A stretch of DNA of 64,000 nt from positions 40,302,001 through 40,366,000 of the forward strand of contig OZ076409.1 of the NCBI GenBank assembly GCA_964187785.1, written 5' to 3'. The notes under the pieces are model-generated. The model searched no databases. It saw only the letters and a program-made list of their open reading frames with translations, and had not been told where the DNA came from. The stretch is from Amphiscolops sp. MND2022 (Eukaryota). Position numbers and translations under genes: made by a program. Each line of letters begins with the position of its first letter. Within the stretch, counting starts at the first letter, position 1. Positions 36,734-47,424 of the stretch are shown piece by piece.

Positions 36734-39700
36734 TTACGGGGAAAACCCAGTCGTTGCATGACGTGTAGAATTATACGCACCCATCACTTCATCTAAGTAT
36801 TGGTCCCAGTCTCGCATTCGTCGGGAGCAAAACACACGCAACAGGGTAAGCAATGTTCTATTTTGTCGTTCCACCAGTCCTTGAGTTTTAGGGTGACCAG
36901 CGGTTGAGGTAACCTTAGTCACCTGTGCTGCTCTCATGAACTCAGTAGATACTGCCGCGGTAAAGTTTGGAGCGTTGTCTGATTGCATCCTGGTTGGTGT
37001 ACCATGTCGGGCAAACCATTTTTGCAGCAATCTCTTCGAGGTGGTTGCTGCATCGTACTCGTCGTGGTTGCATGGTACTGCTTCCGCGAGTTTGGAAAAG
37101 TGATCAATGATGACCAGGATTCCAGTGTTGCCATCATCTGAGGGACAAATTTTCAAGTGATCATATTGAACCAACTCATTGAAGTAGCCACTCTGAATGT
37201 TCTTCAAGTGAAATCGTACATCACCAGGCTTATCGCGTACCTGTTGACAGGTTATGCATTGGCTAACGTATTGCCCAATGGTGCGGCGTATTCCTGGCCA
37301 GGTGTGGCGTTCTTGTATCCTTGCCAGCACCTTTGCGATACCCTGATGTCCCATCGCGTCGTGGGCCTTGAACAAGATCTCATGCTGGTATAATTGGGGC
37401 ATCACAATCATACATGGGCGTTCATGCAGTGCTCTCTGATTCTTGGGATATCTCACACACAACACGCCGTTGGCGTTAATCAGCAGGAGGTTCTTCTTCT
37501 GTTTGTAATAATTTTTGGCGAATGTGCGCACGTTCTCGGGAAATATGTCGTCATCTATTGATTCTTTCATTTCCAATTTCTTGATGGCCAAGATGTGGAC
37601 ATCGCGGTTTTGTGCCAAAAGGAGATCCTTCAATCCATGAACTGTATTTGCGTGTTCATGTAATTCCATCGATACACTTTCAACTACTAGTGCCATCTGC
37701 TTCACGTATTCGGGCGCGGTATCAGTCGCTAGCTTTTCCGCCCCAGTCAACGGGTAGGTCGTTCTTGATGGGACATTGGCAGCATGTGTGGGAAGCAAGT
37801 AGTCCCGTTGATATTCTTCGGTTAATTCTAGCCAATCCTCGGGATATTCGGGATAGAAATCTGCAGGCATCTCCAATTCGGGTTTGGGCAGTATAGGCAT
37901 AGGCGCTTTCATCGCTTTGTCGCGCATGATCGCACTTTGTCTACTTTGTCCGCTTCTCCGTGTGGGAGCGATCGTTGTGGTTTGAGGTGAGTGTTGGGTG
38001 GCCAATCTCTGCAAGTGCGTAGGCAGGTCGGGGTGATTCGGTATCACGCGTCCTTGAACATCAAACCATGGGGCTAGTGGGAGTCTGTCATATTCTTCTT
38101 GCGATAGGAAGTTCCATTTGTTAGCAATTGCTGGTAGATTTTGTAGCTGTTTCTCATGCTTTTTATAGTCGTTGGTTCGTTTACTAAGGCCATCGGCATT
38201 TCGATGTTGTGTTCGGGGTCGATGCACAATGCTGAAATGATATTTTTCTAGAGCCACTATCCATCGACCAATAATCGCCTGATCCATCGAATATGTCTTC
38301 AGCCATGAGAGGGCTTGATTATCGACTCTCAATGTAAATTTTCGGGGACAGAGATAGCTGTGGTTCTTCAAGATGAAGTAGTATGCAGCGTACATTTCCA
38401 GTTTCGGTGCTCCATACTTGGCTTGTGTAGAAGTCAACTTTTTGCTTCCGAACACAATTGGTCGTAATTTGCGGTTTTCGGGTGGTCCCTGCCATTGGTG
38501 AAGAATACCAGATATTGCTACCCCGCTGGCATCTGTGTCTAGCACGAATTCGCCTTCGGTGTCGGGTTGTGCCAAAGCGGTGGCTTCCATTAGTGCCACT
38601 TTGATGCCGTTGAAGGCTCGTTGCTGCTCCTCCCCCCACAAAAAGGAAGAGCCTGTACCCGTCATCGCGTGCAGAGGGGCAACCAATTTAGCATGCCAGG
38701 GGATAAAATCGCGGTAGTAGTTGGCAAAACCCAGAAAGCTCTGTAGTTCGGTTTTGGTGCGCGGAATATCCCAATCTCTCAATTTCGTGACAGCCTTAGG
38801 ATCTGGTTGGATACCATCTGCAGATACCACTCGACCCAAGTATTTGATTTCTGACTTCATGAAACCACATTTGGATACTCTCATCTTGAAACCGGCCTCG
38901 CGTAGACACTGGAATACTTCGCGAAGCCTATCCATATGGTCTTCGATGGTTTCAGTAGCTATCACGATGTCGTCGATATAGGCCATCACCATACTTCCTT
39001 CACGATTGACTATTCTTTGTAGCGCTCGCGCTATTGCCCGCTGAAATGTCGCTGATGCATTGCACATCCCAAAGGGCATGCGCCGCCATTCGAATAATCC
39101 AAGTTCACAAGCAAAGGCAGTCTTTTGACGATCAGCCTTTCGGACAGGAATTTGCCAGAATGCCCATGCTAAGTCGATGCTGGTATAGATCTTTGCCTTC
39201 CCTAATCGAGATAGACTCTCGTCAATTCGTGGTAGAGGATATGCATCCTTGATAGTCACTTCATTGAGTGGTCGAAAGTCACAACAGAATCGTAATTCAC
39301 CACTCTTCTTTTTGACCATGACAATACCACTCGCCCAAGGGGATAGAGAAGGTTGTATCATTCCCAAAGCTAGCAAATCACGAACTTCTTGATTGGCCCG
39401 TTCTGCTTTGTCAGGCGACATTCGTCGTGCACCTTCGCGGTGGGGTATAGCCCCTGGCTCTACTTCCACCGGGTGCTTAGCAATTTTACACTTACCAATG
39501 TCAGCCTTGTACTTCATGAACAAATCGTCAAACTCTTTTAAAAGTTTATCGAGCGTGTCGCTGGCGGCCGGACCCCATAAATTGCGTACTTCAACGAGTT
39601 GCGCTTCCGGGCCCGGTATTGGGGCCATTAGTGCCGGATCGGTGCGTTTTTTTATTTCGCGTTCTGACAAACCTAGCTCCGAGGGATCAGTAGAAGACAA

Positions 39701-40738
39701 AAACTCAAATTCAGATGAAGAGCTATATTCAGAAGAAGAATCAAGATTCATCTGTTCATATACTTTACAAACATAACTTGCATTTGACTGCTGAGTTTCA
39801 GTTGCTTGTCCGGGGACAACTTGGGGGATGGCTCTATGGACCATGGTCACGGGTATTGCGGTTCCCAAGAGGGTTCCCTTTTTGACCCGCTGGACGTTGC
39901 TAGTAAGGTTTCCTAAACTGATGTAAAGGAAGCCTGTTTCCCCCACGGTTGCCACAGTGTCTTCTAAAAATATGGCGTTTTTCAACATTCGATTAGGTGT
40001 TTGAAAATTGATTAAGACAGCACGGAATATGAAAGGTTCTAGATCACTTGCAAGTAACTTAGCGCGCAGTATGGCGCGTTCAAAGGGTTGCAAAACTATG
40101 TCCTCTGCCGTAGCTACCGACGAGCTAAGCGATTCATCACTTACCTGCGCATGGGCGTGATACCATACTGGTTCCGAGGGGGCTCGGACAATGACTTTCA
40201 TCGCAGTGAGGTCTACCAAGACCTGATAGGCTCGGAGGAAGTTCCTGCCTAGCAGAAAGTCTTCCACTCCCATAGCATCGTCAACCACTACGAAGTTAGT
40301 TTCCAACTCGTAACCTCCCAGCTGGAATTTGACTTTCTCTGCTAGACCAAAAGTTTTGATCGTCTTTCCATTCGCCGCGTACAAATCAATATTGTAGGGT
40401 CGCAGAAGTGTACCAGTGCGCACGGCGACACGGTTATAGGCCGAGAACGTGAGGATAGATACCCTCGATCCAGTGTCTATCAATCCGCGCAGTGGTATGG
40501 GTACATCATCAGGGACCATGAATGAAACTACGAGCGACGCACGCTCATCGATTCTCGCTTCACCAGATGGTTCTTGAGCATCAATATTGTAGCAGCGTAG
40601 CTCTCGAGGTCCCAAGCAAATTCCAGGAGGAAACGCATCAGTTATTACAGTCGCTCCAAAACGCATGTCGACGCCATCAATGCAAACTTTAACTGGAACA
40701 GGAGAATAGGCATGATAGGTTGAAGTGACTCCCTTGAC
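36734..40738 (-). CDS. pol: pol: aspartic protease, dUTPase-like relic, reverse transcriptase, RNase H, integrase core
   Basis: LIDTGS, FLLGRNFL, LRFCCDFRPLN, MPFGMCNA, YIDD, TDASG, NADGLS, H-x3-GH...CxxC, QYDH, SDNA, GLVERQNRTL. Confidence 0.96.
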   Translation of the reverse strand, partial: VKGVTSTYHAYSPVPVKVCIDGVDMRFGATVITDAFPPGICLGPRELRCYNIDAQEPSGEARIDERASLVVSFMVPDDVPIPLRGLIDTGSRVSILTFSAYNRVAVRTGTLLRPYNIDLYAANGKTIKTFGLAEKVKFQLGGYELETNFVVVDDAMGVEDFLLGRNFLRAYQVLVDLTAMKVIVRAPSEPVWYHAHAQVSDESLSSSVATAEDIVLQPFERAILRAKLLASDLEPFIFRAVLINFQTPNRMLKNAIFLEDTVATVGETGFLYISLGNLTSNVQRVKKGTLLGTAIPVTMVHRAIPQVVPGQATETQQSNASYVCKVYEQMNLDSSSEYSSSSEFEFLSSTDPSELGLSEREIKKRTDPALMAPIPGPEAQLVEVRNLWGPAASDTLDKLLKEFDDLFMKYKADIGKCKIAKHPVEVEPGAIPHREGARRMSPDKAERANQEVRDLLALGMIQPSLSPWASGIVMVKKKSGELRFCCDFRPLNEVTIKDAYPLPRIDESLSRLGKAKIYTSIDLAWAFWQIPVRKADRQKTAFACELGLFEWRRMPFGMCNASATFQRAIARALQRIVNREGSMVMAYIDDIVIATETIEDHMDRLREVFQCLREAGFKMRVSKCGFMKSEIKYLGRVVSADGIQPDPKAVTKLRDWDIPRTKTELQSFLGFANYYRDFIPWHAKLVAPLHAMTGTGSSFLWGEEQQRAFNGIKVALMEATALAQPDTEGEFVLDTDASGVAISGILHQWQGPPENRKLRPIVFGSKKLTSTQAKYGAPKLEMYAAYYFILKNHSYLCPRKFTLRVDNQALSWLKTYSMDQAIIGRWIVALEKYHFSIVHRPRTQHRNADGLSKRTNDYKKHEKQLQNLPAIANKWNFLSQEEYDRLPLAPWFDVQGRVIPNHPDLPTHLQRLATQHSPQTTTIAPTRRSGQSRQSAIMRDKAMKAPMPILPKPELEMPADFYPEYPEDWLELTEEYQRDYLLPTHAANVPSRTTYPLTGAEKLATDTAPEYVKQMALVVESVSMELHEHANTVHGLKDLLLAQNRDVHILAIKKLEMKESIDDDIFPENVRTFAKNYYKQKKNLLLINANGVLCVRYPKNQRALHERPCMIVMPQLYQHEILFKAHDAMGHQGIAKVLARIQERHTWPGIRRTIGQYVSQCITCQQVRDKPGDVRFHLKNIQSGYFNELVQYDHLKICPSDDGNTGILVIIDHFSKLAEAVPCNHDEYDAATTSKRLLQKWFARHGTPTRMQSDNAPNFTAAVSTEFMRAAQVTKVTSTAGHPKTQGLVERQNRTLLTLLRVFCSRRMRDWDQYLDEVMGAYNSTRHATTGFSP

Positions 40739-43700
40739 TTACCACTCTTCGGGCTGAGGTAGAGTCAATTGCTGATAATTTTCATTGGTAGTCATCTCTT
40801 CGATCAAAGCGTCGATGGTGAGTTCTGGGCGTGTTTCCCTCTCAATAGCCAGTAGCAATCTGGCAGACATTATCGTGCGTCCAGAAGGGTCGAAAATAGT
40901 TGGCTCTGGACTCGTCTGGATTTGAATTTTACCGCACGTAACGGTAAGAGAGGTTGCCACATGAACGGCTTCAGCTGGGCGTAACGTGAGAACCATTTCA
41001 CTATCGCTCAATGTCTGAGGGGTTGATGGCTGTGCAGCCCAGAGGCTGTAGGCCAAATCTTCATGTATTGGAACGTTTTGGCAATGTGATGCTGAGTGTT
41101 CAGTCATACCACAATTGACACAGAACATAGGACCGGAACATGCCGAGGCCACATTACTTTCGCAAAGATTTACTCGTTCGTTTGGCGCAGCGCGAGCAAT
41201 GGGTTTCCTTGCTTGATCCTTATTTGGGCATTCCCGCGCGAAGTGACCGGGTAATCCACAATTGAAGCATGCTCCTTGGGTAACTATCCTCGCTGGTTGT
41301 TGGGGCGGTGCAGCTTGTTGTACCGACGCTGGAGCTGGTGGGGCCATTTGGGGCTTTGCCTCGTGTTGTTGTCCTTGATTTGGAGGGAGCACATTTTGTG
41401 GCAGACCTGGTGCTGGATGAACCACTTTTCCTGGCACAAAAGGGTGAGGCCTTGATCTCATCGCATATCTAGGATCATAGGGCTTTGACGTTGTTGGACG
41501 GTGTCGCTGCAATTGCCGCGTGGTGAATCTCAAGGACTCCACAGTGGGCGGTTCAGTCAGATACGTCTCCGCCGCGTACACCACAGCCAATTCTTGTCGC
41601 AGTGTAGGGTCGTTCACACCATCTATGAAGCGTTGCAGGATTTCGTAACGACGGGTACTGATAGGCTCATCTGGAAAACCTTGGGTGCGCAGGCCTTCTA
41701 ATGCGTCCAAAAACTGCATCCAATCCTCCTTCTCCTGTTGAACGCGAGACATAAAGGTCTGCCGGACGTGCATACGGTTGCCACCTGTCCCGAATCTGCT
41801 GGCTAGGAGGGCGAACACCTTGTCTGGTGTATCTCGTTCAGGTTCTGACTTATTGATAATGTAGTTTCTTGCTTCTCCTTCTAGGTGATCAATTATTGCC
41901 CAGGCCTTGTCGACGTTTGATGATTTTGCATGTACCCTTTCCACCTTTCCAGGAAGCGTTTCATCAGTGGAAGCCACCCGTCAACGGTTCCGTCTTTTGT
42001 ACCTTTATACACTGTAGGACGGACTCTCGTCTGATCACGATTAGCAATTAATGGCGCCAGTTCTTTGGACATTGCCTTTGATATCGCTTCAGTGAATCTG
42101 AGTTGTTCCGGTGATATTGGTGCTTCTTCAGTTGTTGCCGGTGGTGGAACACTGCTACCTCGTGTAGAGTTAATTGAATCATCGGTGTTCTCCGAGATGA
42201 TCACTTCTCTGCGTCGGGTGCTGCTTGCGCACGGATTGCCCGGGGGCAATCCAGTGTCCGCAGTTTGGAATTCTGCATTTGACTCTCCCAAAGTCGCGTT
42301 TGCTGTTTGGAAGGTACTCGTGGTGTTGGTCAATTCGATGATGCACGTGGGTTCTCGTAGACCTGTGATACCCATGCTCAAAGTTTCAAGGGTTATTGCT
42401 TCATACGTTGGTTCCTTTTCGTGAGACTTCGTTATTGGCGGGATAAACTCCGTTTGTGCTGGAAGGATAAGCTTCGTGGACGTTGATACAGCTTCTCCAC
42501 TCGAAACAAGGGGTTGAGGTAGGGGTGCGTATCTCGCCATAGGTTGTTTGGAACCTGAGGGTTTCGTCGTGGTGATTATACTCTCTTTTGGTTTGAGTGA
42601 AACACTCTTCACAGGCTTTGGTAGGGACATGTCAGTCTCCTGCAATAGTTCTTTGATGGTGTTGTTTGGTAGAGTTGATTGAGGCTGGACATTTTTTAGC
42701 GCAGTGCCCATCGCCTGTATTTGCGAGCACACCTCCTGAATTTGGGCTTCCATACGTACCTCTCTTTGGGCCATCATATCCTTCATTTCAGCCATTCGAT
42801 AACCCATGGCATCCATGCGAGCAGCTTGTACTTCCTGTCCTTGCATTTGTCGCTCAGTGGAAGTCCTTAACTCACATTGCACAGCTTCAATCTCCTCCAC
42901 AATTGCCTGATGTTCTCTATCGCACCTCGCCTTGCGCTCAGATAGTTGGGAAGCAGCTTGCTTCACACCAGCTTGGGCTTCCAGCAGGGCTTTACGCGCC
43001 TTTGCTGCTTCATGTACAGCTCGGTATGCTGAAGATCGACCAGACACAGCTTTTGATGAAGGTGAGGACGAGCGCGAGTCGCCGTGAGGTCCTGTAGTGC
43101 CAGTCTGTGCTAGTAGAGCTGGAGGCCGTATTTGTCTACTTTTTCCCGATGGCCGGGGTGCAGTGGCTTCTTGCAAGCGCGCTCTGGCATAATTCATACC
43201 CCCGACATAAGACATTTGTTGCAATATCTCTGCCGTGTTCGCAGTGCTCTCGCTTGCCATGCTGGGAGCCTTGAATTGTCCAGTAGCATTCAAGCAACTC
43301 ATTTCAGCTTCTTCCTCAGCATTTGTTCTGTTGGAGTTGGGCCATGTTCCTGCTTCGTCAGTACCGAAAGGTGTGACAGCTACTTTGGTCAGTTCTTGCA
43401 ACCATTTGGACGTGTGCGCCTGACTTCCTGTTTCGTCGGCTGATCCCCCGATATCGTCTGCCGTCCTGGTGACCTGTTTGGTCTGGTATTCTTCTGATGC
43501 GTTGTCTGACATAGGGTCTGAAAAATCGGGTTCCATAACAAAACTGTCATCAGTTGGCCAATCTTCCTCCCTGGGGTCTGAGGTTAGGTCTGATATTGCA
43601 CTGAGGTTTGTCTCGCACGCCACGGGTTCTGGTGTTTTCAGTGTTTTGGCGTGTAGTGAGGCAGCTTCCCTACCCCTCTTTGAAAGATGTGAGTGCCGAT

Positions 43701-43767
43701 GGGTGTTCGAACGACTTAATGTCTTTGTGATCGAATTCCAAAGACTGCGGAAGTTGTTGTTTTTCAT
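40739..43767 (-). CDS. gag: gag (~1006 aa after removing an 8-bp duplication at 41936-41951)
   Basis: Capsid-like YKGTKDGTVDGWL..MKRFLERVHAK..KAWAIIDHLEGEAR; knuckles CFNCGLPGHFAREC and CVNCGMTEHSASHC; long coiled-coil N-terminal extension. Confidence 0.88.
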
Positions 43768-46659
43768 GACTTAGCCTATTTCGGAATAGTCGAAATTCGA
43801 TGAGGGAGTCGCTTCGGCGTGAAACGTTTACTGCGCGTTAATACCGTTGCGTGGGGTCGAAAACCGTGCGTTTAGGGTTCACGAGGCAACTATGTCACAC
43901 ACACTTAAGTTCTTTTGATAGTTTCAAAGATTTTTGGAGTCTTTCAAAATTCACTCATCGTCTGGTACGTGATGTTCGATTGTATAAAGTACTTGAAAAA
44001 TTATCACGATTCACATTAAGTGATGGACTCACTAACATGCGTTTAGACAAGGGAGTTTTTGCAAATTTTTTACATGGAAGACCGGGTTTCGTCCCACTTT
44101 TCTAAGTTTCGCCTCGGTGGAGACTTGAGCCAGAATGATGATACGCACGTCTCGAATGGGTCGAAACCACATCTAATGGTCGTAGCGAGTTCAAACTTAC
44201 TCAAGCAGTTGTTACCAAACCACAAGCTCAGAAAATGAGCTCAGATTGATGCTACCTTTTCGCTAAGACAATTATGCGACGTTTACAACAAATCTTGAAT
44301 TTTCTCGGAGAGTACCAAAAATATATAAGTGGCTCAAATTCGTTCCTGAAGAATAGGATCTGGCTCAAAATTGACCAGAGGATCTTACACACATATAGGT
44401 ACACGGAATTGAGCACCGATTTGAGCTCCGAGGGTTGTGCACTGTTTTGCCTTGGTATAGACGTGCGGTACACCTATGTCTCAGTAGGAGTCAAAATGCA
44501 CGCTTATTATACAATTTCTAGGCACCAGTATGAGTTAGCGGTTCGGTATTCTCGCTAACAATGCAACAACTAGCACAAGTCACGATGGTGGGCTGCAATT
44601 TATCCCCACTTTTCCAATAAGGTGTTCAGGCATTTCTGAAAAATTTCGAAAAATTTGCCTTTTTGCACCTCTTTTTGAGCAGTACTTTTCAGTCAATTTT
44701 TCAATAAATACAACACTGATTGGCTCGAAACTTAGTAGGCGCTGTCAGTGGGCGCCCACAATGCTGGTTCAATGGTCCGATGAAAGCTCGCGAGCTTTTC
44801 TAGGGTTTCGACTGAGTTCAGACACTATTTCAGCAACAGTCCTTTTTTTGACACTTTTTTCACAAATAGGCTAAGAGGGTCGACACTACAAACGTTACGG
44901 CAGGCAAAATAAGATCAACGTGTTGCCCCACTAGTCACAGCACTGCCACAAGTCCTCAATTAGCCGCGCCTGTTAGGTTTGAGGCACTGTCGGTCTTATA
45001 GTTTTGGAAATTTTCGGCTAGGTCAGCTCAATCTGATGTCAAAACGTCAGAGAGCTTTTCTCAACTTTGGTTAGCGCTAGGCTCACCAAATTTTCGGCAC
45101 TAGTATTATTTTTGTGGTGGTTACGAAAATGCAACCAGTTTTTAGCTAGGGTTCGGGAATCTATGACCCGACCCTAACAATTGGACAGTCCGGTTTTGTG
45201 GAAATTTGGTCAGATTCAATGCGTTTTTCCACTTTTCTCAGCACTGAAAAGGAATTTTTTGACGCGGTTTTCAGCACTATGCGTTATTTTTTATGTAAAA
45301 ACAGAAAATGAGAGCTGGGAAGCTCCTAGCTAACAAAAAGAGTGTCCAGGGGGTTTTAATTATATATGCGGACACTCCTGAAACTAACTAAAAATCAACG
45401 TTTTTCAACTTTTCTTCACACTGAAAAAGAATTTTGGGGTGCAGTCTTCACTCTTGACCGTTAAATCTTTCGAATAAACTGGAAGCAACAGTCCGCGGAC
45501 TGTTCTTGGTATAGGAATGTTAGTCAATGATCGGTTCAAGTTCCATTCAAGAATACTATTGGAAAACTTCAAAATTGCAATTTCTGTAGGTTTTTGTGGC
45601 AGGTAGTGACAATAATTACCGAAACAGGCAGCTCTAGGTACCGGCTGGTGTGCCCTGACATAATTGTGGCCCAGTGGGGATGTTTGGAAGTTCCAACATC
45701 AATCTCCCCACTACTAGAAGTGCTTAATTTTTCCGAAACGGGGTTTTCTCTCACAAGATTCGCACTAAGTGCTTTTTTGGGCAACTTTGAGCAGTTGGCC
45801 CTGGTTTTTGTGAACTCATTAGAGTTCTGAGCTACTTTTATTTAATTTCTGCAAATGTGTGGCTGGCACCAAGAGCGCTCGCGCTCATGTAGGTGTTTCG
45901 CCTCAAAGTGGCCAAATTTGGCACTTTTCGTCGAAAATACATGAAAAAACGCAATTTTTGCACAAAACAGGTGCAAATGCACACGCCTATTTGCAGAAAG
46001 CTCGTAAGAACATCGGCAAGTGATTACACATAAAATTTTGAGCAATCAAAAAAAATTTTTCAACCTGACTCAAAGTATTCATACAACCTGGATCGACGAG
46101 TTGTATCTTTCCGTTCCTTTTACTCGTCACCCAGAACAGTTAGAGACAAACGGGTTGCATCTCTAGATAGGTCAGTGTTTGTAGTACGTTGCCACTAAAT
46201 TTCGTTTTTCTGGGTAGCCTGTACGAGAAATGGGATAGGCGAGTCGTACAACTCCATTCCGGCAGGTTGTAAGGTACTTTTGAGCAAGGATCATCCTCTT
46301 CTCAACACTCGCTTCATTGGTCATAAAAAGCTGAAAAAGGCTGGAAAATACCTGTTAACACCTCTAGCAGCCTTTTGACGGCTTGCTAGACCAATTTTAG
46401 AGAGTGACCCGTTAAGAGGGTTGGTTATTTCGACTGTTACCTGTTAACTACTAAAAAGCTTCAGAATTACAACATACAGCGCTTTTTCACTAAATTTACC
46501 TTTAACCACCAGGCATAAAGCCTTCAATAATGTACATACAGGGTAAAAACATAGAAAACTCTGCTTCTGTCTTCTCCTCGTCTGAGTCGGGTCGTACTTG
46601 GCGTCAATCACCAGAGGGTCGGCTCTTTTAAAACCATTAAGGGAAGCACTTCGAAGCGA

Positions 46660-46676
46660 TCCCTCTGTGGTCGCCA
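46660..46676 (-). promoter_or_regulatory. Primer-binding site, tRNA-Arg-like
   Basis: Minus strand TGGCGACCACAGAGGGA, 16 nt downstream of the 5' LTR end. Confidence 0.7.
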
Positions 46677-46692
46677 AAAAATGATGTCTCTA

Positions 46693-47424
46693 TGTAACGA
46701 CAGGCTCTCACCACTGTCGCCGTAACCGTGAGAGTAAGAGGAACACATGATATGGGTATTTGCCCGGGACAGGCGCCCATGACCATGAGCTCATTTTGCC
46801 TCCTTCGGGTAAAAACTGTCCCGTCAGAGGAGGATTCCGCTTCTTGTGAAGTGCTCGCCGGCCTGATCCAGACTGTAATTGCTATCAGTAACGCGAATTA
46901 CGCTTTTTCTTCGAAACCAACGCTTAGATAGCCTTTAAAAACAGGTGAGGTGGAAAAGGAAAATCGTGTTCTCTTGTAGCTACAGAGGAAATCGAAATAA
47001 GTAGCTCACGAGCTATTACCACGACAAAATACGCAATTTACTGCATAATTAGCACTTTTGGGGCAGCAATTAGCCTGGGACACAAGCACGGATGCTTGTT
47101 CAAGCTAGTTGACTCATTTTGGTGGTCACAACATATTGTAATGATCTGCTAAAGAAAGCACCGATGGGAACAGAGTTTAGTCCGTATCGGCCGAAATTTG
47201 AGTCTTTTTCTGACAGGTTTTGCGGATTCCTGTAGTCGTCTAGTTCGTAGTGGGTCTCTTCTGCTTCTCTCGCTCAAATCCTCTTCAATTTCGGGGACAG
47301 GTCCTTTGGTAAAGACACGGTATCCTTCAGCGGAATATGACTTTTCAGGGAAGGGCATCTAGTCCCTTGAACGAAATTTTCAAAAAAAATTTCGAATTCT
47401 CGGACTCGATAAGTGATCGTTACA
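46693..47424 (-). repeat. 5' LTR of giant element
   Basis: Matches 27685-28416 at ~99%. Confidence 0.96.

Larger units (their letters stand above)
27685..47424 (-). mobile_element. Giant (19,740 bp) full-length Ty3/gypsy LTR retrotransposon with accessory genes
   Basis: 732-bp LTRs TGTAAC...GTTACA differing at ~5 sites; TTC flanks both sides; PBS, PPT, gag-PR-RT-RH-IN order. Confidence 0.96.

Noticed and set aside
36734..36736. Separate 924-aa gene after pol
   Set aside because: Stop replaces the conserved Tyr/Phe of the integrase TGFSPY motif; the downstream part is the integrase C-terminus.
40739..40741. Programmed gag-pol stop readthrough
   Set aside because: The TAA sits inside a protease-like lobe and other inactivating lesions exist in this copy; nonsense mutation is more parsimonious, though siblings should be checked.
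29326..43774. Numerous short plus-strand ORFs opposite the retroelement genes
   Set aside because: Antisense shadows of long coding frames.
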